Shown here piece by piece: positions 56,001 through 64,000 of a stretch of DNA of 64,000 bases. Origin of the DNA: Monocercomonoides exilis PA203 (taxonomy: Eukaryota; Protista; Preaxostyla); the NCBI GenBank assembly GCA_001643675.2, contig LSRY02000017.1:1488001-1552000 (forward strand), written 5' to 3'. The notes below the pieces were generated by a model that was given only the letters and a program-made list of their open reading frames with translations, was not told the DNA's origin and made no database searches. Positions within the stretch are counted from its first letter, which is position 1. Every line of letters starts with the position of its first letter. The translations under genes and the position numbers were made by a program.

Positions 56001-58399
56001 AGAAAGAGGAAGAGAATCAAAAGAAAGAAAAAGAAATTGAGTGTTTAATTGAGAATCTCTTTGACGAACTATTTAACGACATTTTTGAGGAGATTGAGGA
56101 AGAGAAGAAGACAACACAAGAAACAAAAAAGAATGAACAGCAAATGAGCAGAACTTCTTTGAGTGAAGAAAATGGAGGAAAAGAATCAGAAAATGAATGG
56201 AAGGCAAAAGAAAGTGAAGATGAAGATGATGAAAGAGATGAAAGAGATAAAAGTGAGGAAGAAGGCGAAGATGAAGAAGATAACGAAGATGATGATGATC
56301 TGGATGATACTTCGATCAGCGATTTGACAGAGACACAGCTGGAAAGGCAGCTGCAAGAGCTGTCCAGAGCAGGAGCAGAGGAAGAAGCAGCCACAAAAGC
56401 GGCAGCTGAAGAGGAGAGGAAGAAGAAGGAGGAAGAGGAAAGATTGAGAAGAGAAGAAGAAGAAGAAGAAGAAGAAAGGAAAAGGAAAGAAGAAGAAGAA
56501 AAAGTCAAGAAGGAAGAAGAAGAAAGAAAGAAGAAAGAAGAGGAAGACAGAAAAAAGGAAGAAGAAGAAAGATTGAAGAGAGAGGAGGAGGAGAGGAAGA
56601 GAAAAGAGGAAGAAGAAAAGAAGAAGAGAGAAGAAGAGGAAGAAAGAAAACGCAAAGAAGAAGAGGAAGAGGAGAAGAGGAAAGATGAAGAAAGATTGAA
56701 GAGAGAGGAAGAAGAAAGGATTAGAAGAGAAGAAGAAGAGAGATTGAGAAAGGAGGAGGAAGAGAGAAAAAGGAAAGAAGAAGAAAGAATAAAACTGGAA
56801 GAAGAGGAACGGTTGAGAAAAGATGAGGAAGAAAAAATGCGACAAGAAGAAGAGGAAAGAAAGAAGAAAGAAGAGGAAGAAAAGAAATTGGAAGAGGAAC
56901 GGCTGAGAAAAGAAGAGGAAGAAGAAGCAGAAAAGGAAAAGATGGCTGATGAATGTGCCAGCAACATTGTTGACGATTTGCTTGATTGCGTTTTGGATGA
57001 AGTTGAATCTGATTTGGCGAAGGTCAATTTGCAGAAAGAGAAAAAAGAGAAAGAAGAAGAAGAATTAAGCGAAAAGGCTCCAATGAAGAATGAAGATGAA
57101 AGTGCAAAGATAATTGTGGAAAAGGAAGAAGAGGAGGAGGAAAGGAAGAGGAAAGAAGAGGAAAGGAAAAAGAGAGATGAAGAAGAAAGAAATAGAAAAG
57201 AGGAAGAAGAAAGAAAGAGGAAGGAAGAGGAGGAAAGATTAAGAAGGGAAGAAGAAGAAAGATTGAAAAGAGAAGAGGAAGAGAGGAAGAGAAAAGAGGA
57301 AGAAGAAAGAATGAAGAAAGAAGAAGAAGAGAGATTAAAGAAAGAGGAAGAAGAGGAAAGATTGAAAAGAGAAGAAGAAGAGCGCTTGCGAATAGAAGAG
57401 GAAGAAAGAAAAAGGAAGGAAGAAGAAGAGAGGAAGAGAAAAGAAGAAGAAGAACGATTGAAAAAGGAGGAAGAAGAAAGGCTTAGACGAGAAGAGGAGG
57501 AAAGATTGAGAAGAGAAGAAGAAGAGAGAAAGAAGAAAGAAGAGGAAGAAAGGAAGAGGAAGAAAGAGGAAGAAGAAAGGAAAGAGGAGGAAGAGAGAAT
57601 AAAGAGAGAAGAGGAAGAGAAGAAGAGGAAGGAGGAAGAGGAGAGAAAGAAGAGAGAAGATGAAGAACGAAAGAGAAGAGAAGAAGAGGAAAAATTGAAA
57701 AGGGAAGAAGAAGAGAAAAAGAAAGAAGAAGAAAAAGTCAATGGAAATGAAGAAGATAAAGCGGAAGAAAGTGAAACTACTTCTGTTGTTGATGATGCAT
57801 GTGAAAGAAGCGATGTCAAAAGTGAGTCTGAGGAAGAACAGAACAAAGAAATGGAAAAAGAAAAAGAAGAGAAAGAGACAGAGGAAGAATCTGAACAGAT
57901 TGACGAACCAGAAATAGAGAAAGAAGTGGAAAACATCATTGACTCGATGTTGGACGAAGTGTTGGATGAATTGTGCAATTCCGTTCTTATTCAAAAAGAG
58001 CAAAAGCCTTCCAAAGAGAATGAAATTCAGGGAAAGAAACTTGCATCTGCACAAAAAGAACCACAAGAATCAGAAAGCTTCATTTTTCACAGCGATGTTG
58101 ATGATCTAAATAGCAAAGAACCAGAAAGTGCAGAAAATGCTATTGATAGCACTGTTGGAGAAGATGATCTTTCTGAAACAACAGTCACCGTTCAATCAAT
58201 GGAATTATTTAATCAACTTCTCAGCCCTCAGCATGTGGAATCTCCAATTTTGTTTACTGAAGCTTTGAACAAAGCACGAACGGAAGAGAAGAAAAACTAT
58301 CAAAATAATGACGGAGATAAAATTAAAAAGCAAACGAATGAATTGAATAGTGACGAAGAAGAAGAAGAAATCGAAGAAGGAGATCCATTTTATGGATAA
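44099..58399 (+). CDS. Giant (~4770 aa) low-complexity protein: Ser/Pro/His-rich N-half, acidic middle, ER/K single-alpha-helix C-terminal part
   Basis: An uninterrupted 14.3-kb ORF in an AT-rich genome; first ATG at 44099 (a small upstream exon is possible). (EEERKRK)n tracts run from 55420 to 57735. No globular domain recognised. Confidence 0.8.
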   Translation: MERSSEFISRQIPFDDPAFLFGSFETPETRAISLKTSDSPKLCDSSAQRDSLIDEQHSKNIDKPNSQSSFFHRSDFLGDSDKTNSTSSSIFDLMKISIPEPPRLLEQMSHRVETIKFEKLPEIHDNTTYPEIIEKQQFSKKETTSGLNPIDSLNSVNDNSEKEVRGEEIQRNYPATERNSFGMKNSNKRKLSKSTPKRIPKKHLRITDQVGASSSLDGSSVRSASFRASEQVFSSSPHLSSKQSDSHYSHSHSTAESHTHRNKHKNSRTAKSFKNSERQSAIPHSNHPLHYHKHHVHRSPLEKRDAYHSTSSSSRSPHSLHSHTSSIDSHSLSPSTSNSTSEYSHSDSFSSSSYKTKAHSTKKRHHSIKNRHRTANSRKHANPLASATHSQQESFYQKPAPPPNTALMKDTRFVIDTPTTLHTPSIMKPGLQQPAVPPHLVQMSAYSPFNGTPYYPSPSPSPFLQTFRDIQSQQPSLQFTQTPSLSMIYSSNRRPAPVFPQSTLHDPALFHPRMPITSTTLYHFPFAYHNQLRLDNPSTPLPSSPLVSSVANTPIPFKLPPPPPPSYNATSQHLPASPSSSSAVDSLSSSRLPPPPPPPTEGAIPVKHLGLPLSSISSSSLANSAVSRSESSSDSSEESDSMEYSKEKERKRQGKKALKEDSHKHRGHSDAESIKKFYNDLMKKKKKNETYSAKRSPLAKKDEKDKNKKEDRQSFKRANASISSHLEGILDKDESSDVDADTDSDVDVDADNAEEQKGSIELSPTPPFSASPEPTLQSSSEIQNLLKTHPASLSESTPAASFSSPVPSTSKSHVDTALSATSPSLALHFASSSSSSSSFLTEGSSSEDESKALSSLTKPQFQLLKSLNSSASSNITTPSPSPSPSPSPFPSPSPSSSPSPLHSSLQTSLSHHSIKTPLSSSLSSSLSSSLSSSHSPSLSSFHSHSLSHFISSSDLSTSAIQTPPSHSARALQHSLTSSHSSHSSASQSPNLESSLKRKLSDLSLKHNHSPSLSDHSSSPSLHSLHSPSLSPSSLSHSDSPKSFSPRSSASLLTPRLSAVGLPSSFQPIASLRTSLAPPLDALPFGVHKTEGERKGERGREGERGGNERFKEDIAYVNGADEEWLRQENEKIMKEQNELQLAQMQQMMQQQWALLQMQQYNNEQEEEEEEEEEEEEEEEEKEIESKERFIKYKQIEELKSPKASIEKRGTKDEKQKLEQKKRKDKNIPIQKTSEVHSESKPKLTIRKIDSNKQNKKATQKLPEKNLKEKDVEEKDAKKHKKAAVKISPIQKDNKKDEKELKKKEKEKEEKKKEKEKEKEDSRERHKSKKDSDKKEKKEKREKIDEKSEKADDKREKISKEKHKTEAKKKKEKEKEKEKEKKEQKKDQEINLTMKQLGKTDLPIFADNTIQPNLSHPFCDNATAFPSSDHQTAQMAHTAQSHPSHISPLSSIPQSSQSSQSPQSYSNARSIHSSTPSFPTHLSLPSQQPQLHRVSSSVNEMPQEGNDSALDDTQLNPSSFSSLFASPLPPPPSHSSPSSSAQTASHPHPSSFNSPQHSPLSSSLLSTPSLQYSSAHSPSSFSSSIHPNANASALSTPASLQTTQESDMLREQAMTPAEEKEDEREEREEGLMKRKKTAQERVMQLSSALLRGERVLKREDVSSEGTNSESDEREGKSMKMSKERKEERKATQKRDRKIGLKPNGKQSASSGILDDGMSFWRMALRPKGKRSQMLPQSKGNNGSKNQLSSTAPSAMHSSASSSSSVQSTYPFDKTSSLLRGSSKQASQHQPLVLSRSSASHKHDFVDNPLRSVSPSPSILSIKSSASSSPPSSSSPSSPSLDPLHSSNPSLNADVSSAQNSPLEIEQNSLRDSTQQRRQLLNQLREESLSSQKIPFASKTMRSTANKDSSSSSSSLSSTLPSSTAISPPVFRSQLFSPRITLSPKLFGQKEGKSQESPLKALVERRMEQIRRDEKLREDSEKEQMNILMEKRKREEQAKKKRKREAEASNVEDEKGENGKDEFPSFNSKKDISKRNRNEAASEEGKKRVQFSSSLVAATSTPPKSQHFLETEQTPLLQQEDKNNQKQQANTAPAAISDKSNVSRGEEENSINQTALSPSSALEPTDLSTLSVSEHPAGISRYPASYSSSFASPSFYSSTASNEHPLNETTSQKWDEYSATPSNSASVLFTALSSASANGLSPPPPPPPPSQFTQSQHLSAPDSLTSSNVSQNSHKDNRYKHSPNNQRSKEFGCDSDNLDSSLPMQSVASSFSSFASSASSSLVLPPPPPPPPILSSSFSAFSSASASASASASASASSSSASSSSSSPSPFASSIPSSSSDQSSENAMNTSNEDSLLSDPSFVALLSAFKQRKEQMIEEGVPPQSITALDALYPQLHDVMEKMEKMEKMERGNKTDRKEKDDEKELEQMQKEKNSSTNIAFPTELNETSASQQTQKSEKDGFSSERNKKEQTSQSLDPFQSSSISSTAESSPNATLETKTNVASSNAPLNVLMKNVTPLFSSIQKTKQQLRQKKEIAKQMIAATQILLKQKEEWMKLKKEEREISKALDKLKEEGEEAAAVSEEQTDEGDSDEEEDEKEEGNEEEGEKEKEEEEGKEGNEDGKEELKASKEEVGKELNELRRMIKQIKQEKAKMKKEKEEWRRENEERKKKKKEKEKEKEKEKERKEKERKRKQKKEKRKRKKEESESAESSEEMSVSSLSTTSSSSSSSSSSSKTSSSESEKERHKKRKAKKEKAKKRANKEVPEKIPSHSEREKEHQTEKLNEQKNGTAMPPKTNKDNEHSEWTDTTATKSKEKEEESTENESMSNEEDKDDDFVDEDEIKADKLEETKDEWKDEDEDEEKDEENADERESKQINEGKQVETDEDEFKDEDDEYKDEDAYSDDFEEEFVDEDKTQSKQPTEPTEPSKDVEEKMSNEEESDGNSFVDSDFEDTQNDISPFADIKISSSSSSSDKKNNNSPATASATQENEQNSKEADEKQEDQLDGSFVDLSNTLSSTTSAKVSPMMGMKFKWSLDDDDDDDDDDDDGKDDKEEKEGKGKKDEKDEKEVELKQNDKKDEEREDEEKSDAESEYKEEKEDYEDDWEDEDEKAEDFVDSDKQLSNEDKEKEDKENKDRNKDKEENERNETKNDEKESKKKDKEEAEDNKYEDSDEDDDENNIFGNILGRGKIKFSLDDESDEEEGEEKENEKEKEEEEVKPSPKKGDEETKQFDEVEKKEEEEEEEEEKEEDNSEWNDEDDEQPFKEPHMMDDADAMKEEDNKEKDDNDTNKESDEAKEDKDKEEEEEEEADEDYESDFFEDTIKSQKSAAKQEEELNLQKEETNNKKEKEEEKEEKVTTKSLKDDDSDEETEKEDKSEDEKEFDEESEDMDPFGDVLSKASFNLEAEEKEEKEEKEEEDKKDEEKNDKQNEPSGIKDDISANKEALSKAKEDEEDESGAKDEENSEEEEWGDFEEVDEDKEVKEKDDVTKENDEEEQKENDKETVDNAINDATRSDGNQQEQLKTEEKEEKEVKEEKEEKEEKNDEEKESYGDDFDYYEDDFEAADVPLAEKGSSDEKEEKNVTFEGISQSKADKAKEDEMMNGKKEMNEKEQEEEEEKENPEDEFKDDEESEDDEEDEDDDDFIHFGRAKKASFHLDESIEEEEENTEDKKEEEENNRLKKTKEVEDDQKKEEKEEEEEKKEKANDEANDESEISDEWKDDDEEEEDGWIEDEAAEHEIKEDIDGMGMNEKRDKNNLDEENGENENSLKEASMKEEKEKEEEERKLKEEEEKRKKEEEEERIRREEEERLKKEEEERLKREEEEEERIKREEEERLRKEEEEKERKKKEEEERLRKEEEERKRKEEEERVRKEEEERKRKEEEERLRKEEEERKRKEEEERRRREEEERERKEEEERKRKEEEEKERKRKEEEERLRKEEEEKRRREEEERIEKEREKERIARENEEKRKKEEENQKKEKEIECLIENLFDELFNDIFEEIEEEKKTTQETKKNEQQMSRTSLSEENGGKESENEWKAKESEDEDDERDERDKSEEEGEDEEDNEDDDDLDDTSISDLTETQLERQLQELSRAGAEEEAATKAAAEEERKKKEEEERLRREEEEEEEERKRKEEEEKVKKEEEERKKKEEEDRKKEEEERLKREEEERKRKEEEEKKKREEEEERKRKEEEEEEKRKDEERLKREEEERIRREEEERLRKEEEERKRKEEERIKLEEEERLRKDEEEKMRQEEEERKKKEEEEKKLEEERLRKEEEEEAEKEKMADECASNIVDDLLDCVLDEVESDLAKVNLQKEKKEKEEEELSEKAPMKNEDESAKIIVEKEEEEEERKRKEEERKKRDEEERNRKEEEERKRKEEEERLRREEEERLKREEEERKRKEEEERMKKEEEERLKKEEEEERLKREEEERLRIEEEERKRKEEEERKRKEEEERLKKEEEERLRREEEERLRREEEERKKKEEEERKRKKEEEERKEEEERIKREEEEKKRKEEEERKKREDEERKRREEEEKLKREEEEKKKEEEKVNGNEEDKAEESETTSVVDDACERSDVKSESEEEQNKEMEKEKEEKETEEESEQIDEPEIEKEVENIIDSMLDEVLDELCNSVLIQKEQKPSKENEIQGKKLASAQKEPQESESFIFHSDVDDLNSKEPESAENAIDSTVGEDDLSETTVTVQSMELFNQLLSPQHVESPILFTEALNKARTEEKKNYQNNDGDKIKKQTNELNSDEEEEEIEEGDPFYG

Positions 58400-58571
58400 A
58401 TACAAAAATTCTTTTTAATTTTTTTATTTTTTCATTTCCAAATAATTATCTATTTACGTTAACGTTTTTGTAACATTGTTATTCAAAAGAATCTTTGATC
58501 GGTCATTCCCCAAAAAAACAACCAACTGTTAGTAATGTTGGGTGTCCAGAATAAAAATCTATTTCTCGGCA

Positions 58572-60408
58572 ATGGCAACTCCAGCTGAATCAATTAGCCC
58601 AGGACTTGACATACCTGAAGATGAAGAAGATCCAAAACAATTAGAAAAAATACTGCAACAAGAATGCGAGTCAGTTTCTATTGACGATTCTCGCCGCGTT
58701 GAATTGAAGCCTCTGATTGAAACTGAACAAATTGACGATAGTTTCTTGAAAGAAGATAGGTTCTATTTTTATTTGTTTTGCATTTATGATGTTTATTTTT
58801 TCTTTTTGGATTGTTTTTTGAAATGAAATTTTAATTTTTTTGTTTTTTGTTTTTCTTGTAAAGACCTTCTGGACATTTGACAAACGATCCTGTTTTGATT
58901 CGTTATCAGCGTTCAGTTGTTGGTTCTTTAGCGAAAAGCGCTGGTAAGAATTTGCTTATGGGGAAATCACTTATGAACATTTCACTTCCTGTTCGTATCT
59001 TTGAAGCACGTTCTTATCTTCAGAGGATCACGGTTTTTTGATATTTTAAAGGATTTTCTATCTCATTTTCTCGAATGTATCTTTTTTGACAGGATCAATG
59101 GGGAAATATGTCATTTTTGGTTCAATCTGCTGGTTTGTCAAAAGAAAAAAAAGAAACTCGTTTTATTTTTTATAAAAATATTGTTGATTTCTCGTTTTAT
59201 GTTAGATGCAACTGATCCAGTTGAAAGGATGAGGCTTCTTTGCACTTGGATGATATCTGGTTTACGTTTCACAGTTCTTCAGGCTAAACCTTTTAACCCT
59301 ATTCTTGGAGAAACTTATCAAGCTACATACCCTGGTGGAATTAATGTATATGCTTTTCCTTATTCAAATGTATTTTCATAATCTTGCCTTTAAATATATG
59401 TGATTTGCAATGTTTATTATGAATCATTTGTTCAATAAAAGTTGTACATGGAGCAAGTTACACATCATCCTCCAGCATCAAGTTGGCTAATGACCGACGA
59501 TGCTAAGAGATTCACTTTCACTGGCTCAGCAGAGTATCATGCAATGTTTAAAGGAAATTCAATCAGCGCGTATACTTATTTATTAATTTTTTATTATTAT
59601 TATTGTGTAATTTGTATCCTTTATGTTCAAATTGTTGCCTTATTTATCTTCTTAATCTTCTTTGCGATGATGTTATGCTTCAGTCATCAATTTGGACCGC
59701 AGCGTGTGGAGTATCGAGATGGATCATCCATTGAATTTGACTGGCCCAATCTTCACATGACAGGATACATATACGGGCAACGATATTCCCACTACAACGG
59801 CACACTCACGTTCCGAGATGTGAAGAATCAGCTTCAGTGCCAGATCACATTCAACCCTGACAAGAAAAGCTGGTTTGGGTCTGTCACGAGCTGGTTCAAA
59901 AAGCCAACCAAGACTCTGCCAAGTGACTTCTTCCGTGGAGAGATCTGCCGCTATCCTCTGATGAATGCCACATCGATGAAGGCGGTTGCAGCATCTGCCA
60001 CGTTATCTGCTCCTGTTGCACCTCTTCCATCCAGCATTGCTTCACAGAAAACTGTTTTATCGACTTGCTTCGGTACCTGGCTTGGGTTCATTGATTGGGA
60101 TAAAAAAAGGTGTGTTAAAAATAAATTGTTGACTAAATTTCACTTTCTCTTGAAATTTTCATTTGCTGCCGAACAACACTCTGTGATGATAAATCACTGG
60201 CGTCAGATATTGGGATGTTCGGTTGATGAGACCAATTGCTCCAACGCCTGTTGAAAATCCTCTTCCATCTGACTGCCGTTTTCGCAAAGATCTTCAGCAT
60301 CTCGCTAGAAAAGAGCTTGACGAGGCACAAAAAGCAAAAGAAGAAATGGAAGACAAGCAAAGACAAGAGGCATCTTGGAGACTTAGTGGATATGGAAGGA
60401 AAACGTAA
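58572..60408 (+). CDS. Short oxysterol-binding-protein-related lipid transfer protein (ORD only)
   Basis: ISLPVRIFEARSYLQR; KPFNPILGETY; EQVTHHPP signature; GTWLGFI.WD; PLPSDCRFRKDL..L......AQKAK..ME..QR. Confidence 0.93.
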
Positions 60409-61337
60409 GATCACACTTGTTTTGATCAAAACTCACTCATCTTACATGAATTTTAGTTGTTAACCTGAAAGTTGCTGCATTAAAAGTAGTTATTGCAGTA
60501 ACTTTGCGGATAGTCCATTTCAATATTTTTATATACATAACAAACACAAATATTAATTTTTTGAAAGAAACAATTAATAAAACTTTTGTTGATTGTGTTT
60601 TATTTTATTTTTGTTTTTGAAAAAAAATGAAATGAAAAGCTATTTCGAATTCAAAAAAATTTTTTTTCTTACAGGTTCAAGCATTTCTACAAAAAAGGAT
60701 AAAGGAGGAAAATGGGTCAAAAATCAATTAAAAATCAAAAATGCATTGCAAAAATTACAAAATTCACTAAAATTGAAGAGATCAGAGAGAGGAACCATTA
60801 GAAGTACGCTATCTTCATTAAATATCCGATATGTAAAAACTTCGTGCTCATCATTTATTCAAAATTATACAAAACACTTTCTCACCACATTTTTACACAC
60901 CATTAAAAAACTAAATGTTTGGCTTTCGGACAATCATTGCAAACAAAAATCTTTATCATAAATACTGCAAAATAAATTATAAAAATTTCTTCAAGGAACA
61001 TTATGTTCATTGTTCATTTTCATACTATGATCACATAACCATAAAACAGAAATGGAACGATCTTTTCTAGCATACCTTTATAAAAATGAAAGATGCTTTC
61101 GTAATTATTTACACATTTCTTTTAAATAAAGAATAATTTTCAAAATGCAATTATTGAATAAAGTATATCAAAAAATTAAATACTTTCAATTATTTAATAA
61201 TTATTAATCATCATCCAATATTATTTTTTATCCCATGTAAAGTAATAAAAGTTTGTGGCATTACATTACAAAATATCTTACATTAATTTCATTAAAAACA
61301 AAAATGAAGAAATTATAAATTTTTGTTCTACTTTCTT

Positions 61338-62509
61338 TTATGCGTACATTGAGCTACCTTTTCCAAAAGAACTAATTTTGATAATCTCTTTCATTTGTTT
61401 CAATTCCTCTGGAGTTGGAGTGAATAAACTTGATTTAGAGGAGGAAGCCGAAGGTAGCGAAGAAGGAGATGTTGAAGATGTTGTTGCTGAATCTTGTGTT
61501 TGAGTGAATTCTGGAAGAAGAGACGGGCGAAGTGCAGACAAATTCCTCGATGAAAGAATTCCGTTGGTCATCAATGATATCATTGAAATTGTTGGAATTT
61601 TCCTAATTTCGCTCTGTGATATAAAAAACCAAAATAAGTTAACATAAAGTACAAAAATGCAAACATATGTAATAATTGCAGCTGGAAGCCCAGCAAGCGT
61701 TGGTGGAGAGGCAAGTTGAAGAAACTTCGATAAACTTGGATGTTGAGTTTTCTGTAAAATCATTTGCTCGTTATGAAATAATAAATAAAAAGGAAGTTGA
61801 CACACATCAAATGCAGATGTTGCTATATAAAAAAGAGAAGGTTCATCTGGTATAGCATCCAAAGTTGTCGATGTAAGAAAAGAAAAAGATTCCATTCCAT
61901 CCAGCATAACAATTCTAATGCAAACGGTTAGAATCGTAATTAATTAAAATTTTTACAAACTGTTTTGGCTTTACAATATCCAGAATTGTTCTAGCAAATG
62001 GGTTTGCCTTTATCTGTTCAACAGGATAGCCAATGCTTAAAAATGCACAATTTGGGTATTCTGGTGATGTGAATAGTGTAGCAATCGGACTATTCGGTCC
62101 TTTCCCTCGGGAATGTGGATTCTGAAATAAAATGAATGATTGCAATTTCGTGTACAAAAGTTATAAAGAAAAAATCAATGTGAAAGTCCAACAAACTTGT
62201 TTTTCGTCTGGAGAAATATTAAAAATAGCATGGTCTTGTATTTGTGATCCAAATTTAAAATGCAAAAATGTATGACCAATTCCTATATTTTGGCAATGAA
62301 ATAATTTGAACTTTGAAAATTTTAAAGACTTTCAAACCATAAACTCCGATAACAAGTGTAGTGAATTCGGGAAGAGGTTTTTGTTCACCTCCAATCCAGG
62401 AAATATTTGGAACAACAGAGATTTTAACAGGAGCATGAAGGCAATCTTCTTCTAAAAGTCCTGAGACTGTATTTTGAGGTTCTTCATCAAGCTCAAAAGT
62501 ATAACTCAT
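61338..62509 (-). CDS. PSMG1: Proteasome assembly chaperone 1 (PAC1/PSMG1)-like; multi-exon
   Basis: LASPPTLAGLPAAIITY.EIRKIP resembles PSMG1 (LEQPNIV..LPAAVLSYC....IP). The protein ends in an HbYX motif (SSMYA). An alternative start exists at 62539. Confidence 0.65.
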
Positions 62510-62764
62510 TTTTCCTTTTTGATAAGTTATTTCTAACATGAAGCATTAAAATATAATTTTTAATAAATTCTCATGTAATATATTGAGCAAACATCTTTAT
62601 TCAAATAGGAAAATGCAAATTTTATGATCTGAACCATTTTATTTTGAAAAGAAGATCAGTACCATTGTTTTTGTTATAAGTGTGTCAATTAAAAAAGCGT
62701 TTTTTCTTTATCGTTTACGTTTCTTATTGTTTGTTTTTAATATTTTTTGATTTATAATAATTAG

Positions 62765-64000
62765 ATGTCATCTAGCAAACCGCAAAAAGTTTCGCTTGCT
62801 GGTGTAGTAATACGGCAGAGGAAGCGAGATGTAAAAACTATTGCAAATCCAACTGGTTTCAAAGAAACGCTTAGCGCTATCGTTGAGCAGTCAATGGCTC
62901 CCGATGATGTTTTTAAGCTTTGTGATCAATATGAAGATGAATTGGATTTCCGACGATATGATGAGTATTTTTGGGACCTGTTTCTTGCAGGTGGCACCGG
63001 TGCTTGCATCGGGAAATTTGAAGACGATGTTACTCCTATTAATCAATCATTTTTTGGCATTGAGAAAAAAGAACTTCCAAAGCCTCAGGAACTAAAAGCA
63101 GAAATTGTCACATTGCTTCGTGAATTTGTAAGGTTTGAATTTTGCATCATAAATTTCCGTATTTCAAATTATTTTTTTAATTGCATTTTTGGTTAATGTT
63201 TAGGAGGAAACCTTTCTTGGAACCAACACTTCAAAAAGTGATTGAAATGCTTTTAAATTCATCTTCATTGCTCGAAGAAAAATATCAGACGGCGACAAAA
63301 AGTCTTGTTGCACATTTGCTGGCATGCAGAATTTTAAGGCGTGAGTGTTTGCAAGCAATGTTGAGAAACGAAGCTGCAATTGAATCAGGACAAATGTTGC
63401 AGCAATTAACAGGAATTTTCAAAGCACTTCAGACTGAATGCAATCAAGAAGTTTCTGCAATAGTAAAACTTCTTAACGAAGGGAAAATTATGAACAGGTT
63501 TGTCATTGTCATTTTTCTTATTGTTTTTTACAAATAAATCTTTCTTATGACGCCAACAATATCTATTTTTTGTTTTCTTCTTTGATCTTGAACAAAAAAA
63601 TTATATCTTTAACATGATTTAAAATATTCAGATTGATGGACTTCTTCCCTTCACCAAAAAGAACTCCAGAAGCATTTGCCGAGCACTGGAAAAAGGAAGG
63701 TTTACAAGGACTTTTAGTTGTTGCCCAAAATATAAAGAAGAAGGAACAAGCACAGAAAATCAAGAACATGGTGGAAGAATTTGTCAAGCGAAGAAATGAA
63801 GAAGAGGAAGACTACGACGAAGATGATAACGACGAAAATGATGAGGACGAAGAGGAAGATGAAGCAGCAGGAAGCAAAAAGAAAGGGAAAGGGAAAGATT
63901 CAGCGACATCTTCATCAGTTGCATCGAAGCGCAGCGCGCAGCAGCAGCAGCGTGTGGAGGATGCAGTGAATGAATTCCTGGCTGAGCTGACTGAGCTGCA
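62765..64000 (+). CDS. BZW: eIF5-mimic protein (BZW/5MP), truncated by window end
   Basis: KVSLAGVVIRQRKRD...PTGFKETL; LDFRRYDEYFWDLFLAGG; RRKPFLE; RLMDFFP..KRT...F..H....GL match BZW1/2 motifs. Confidence 0.85.

Noticed and set aside
44118-58405. Dozens of antisense and alternate-frame ORFs (e.g. 56017-57978, 653 aa) over the giant gene and other low-complexity exons
   Set aside because: They are shadows of GAA/TCT-type repeats, which lack stop codons in other frames, and have no independent protein character.

Overview
Gene-dense, intron-rich eukaryotic genomic DNA with AT-rich spacers, short GT-AG introns and the standard genetic code (TAA, TAG and TGA all end conserved genes). Poly-Ser/poly-Glu inserts in conserved proteins and a giant Cys/Asn-rich surface protein with a degenerate kinase tail suggest an oxymonad such as Monocercomonoides; this is inference from memory, not a search. 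About 19 protein genes and one pseudogene fragment were reconstructed: a TOM1/GPR137-like 7TM protein, a WD40-like protein, an HPS1/Mon1-family longin protein, CFAP161, a small membrane protein, an RBPMS-like RRM protein, eL6, AP-1 sigma, Sec24, two ATG27/M6PR-like receptors, a 2803-aa receptor pseudokinase, a UCH37-like deubiquitinase, ATG3, a ~4770-aa low-complexity/SAH protein, an OSBP-related protein, PAC1/PSMG1 and BZW/5MP (partial). No rRNA, tRNA or CRISPR array was recognised. The most unusual structure is the 24.4-43.3 kb block. Two oppositely oriented M6PR-like paralogues share a ~493-bp near-identical 3' segment, including an intron, but have strongly diverged luminal domains. They bracket two long foldback palindromes (one with 470-bp near-perfect arms) and the receptor pseudokinase. 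Exon boundaries were inferred by eye and need RNA-seq confirmation.
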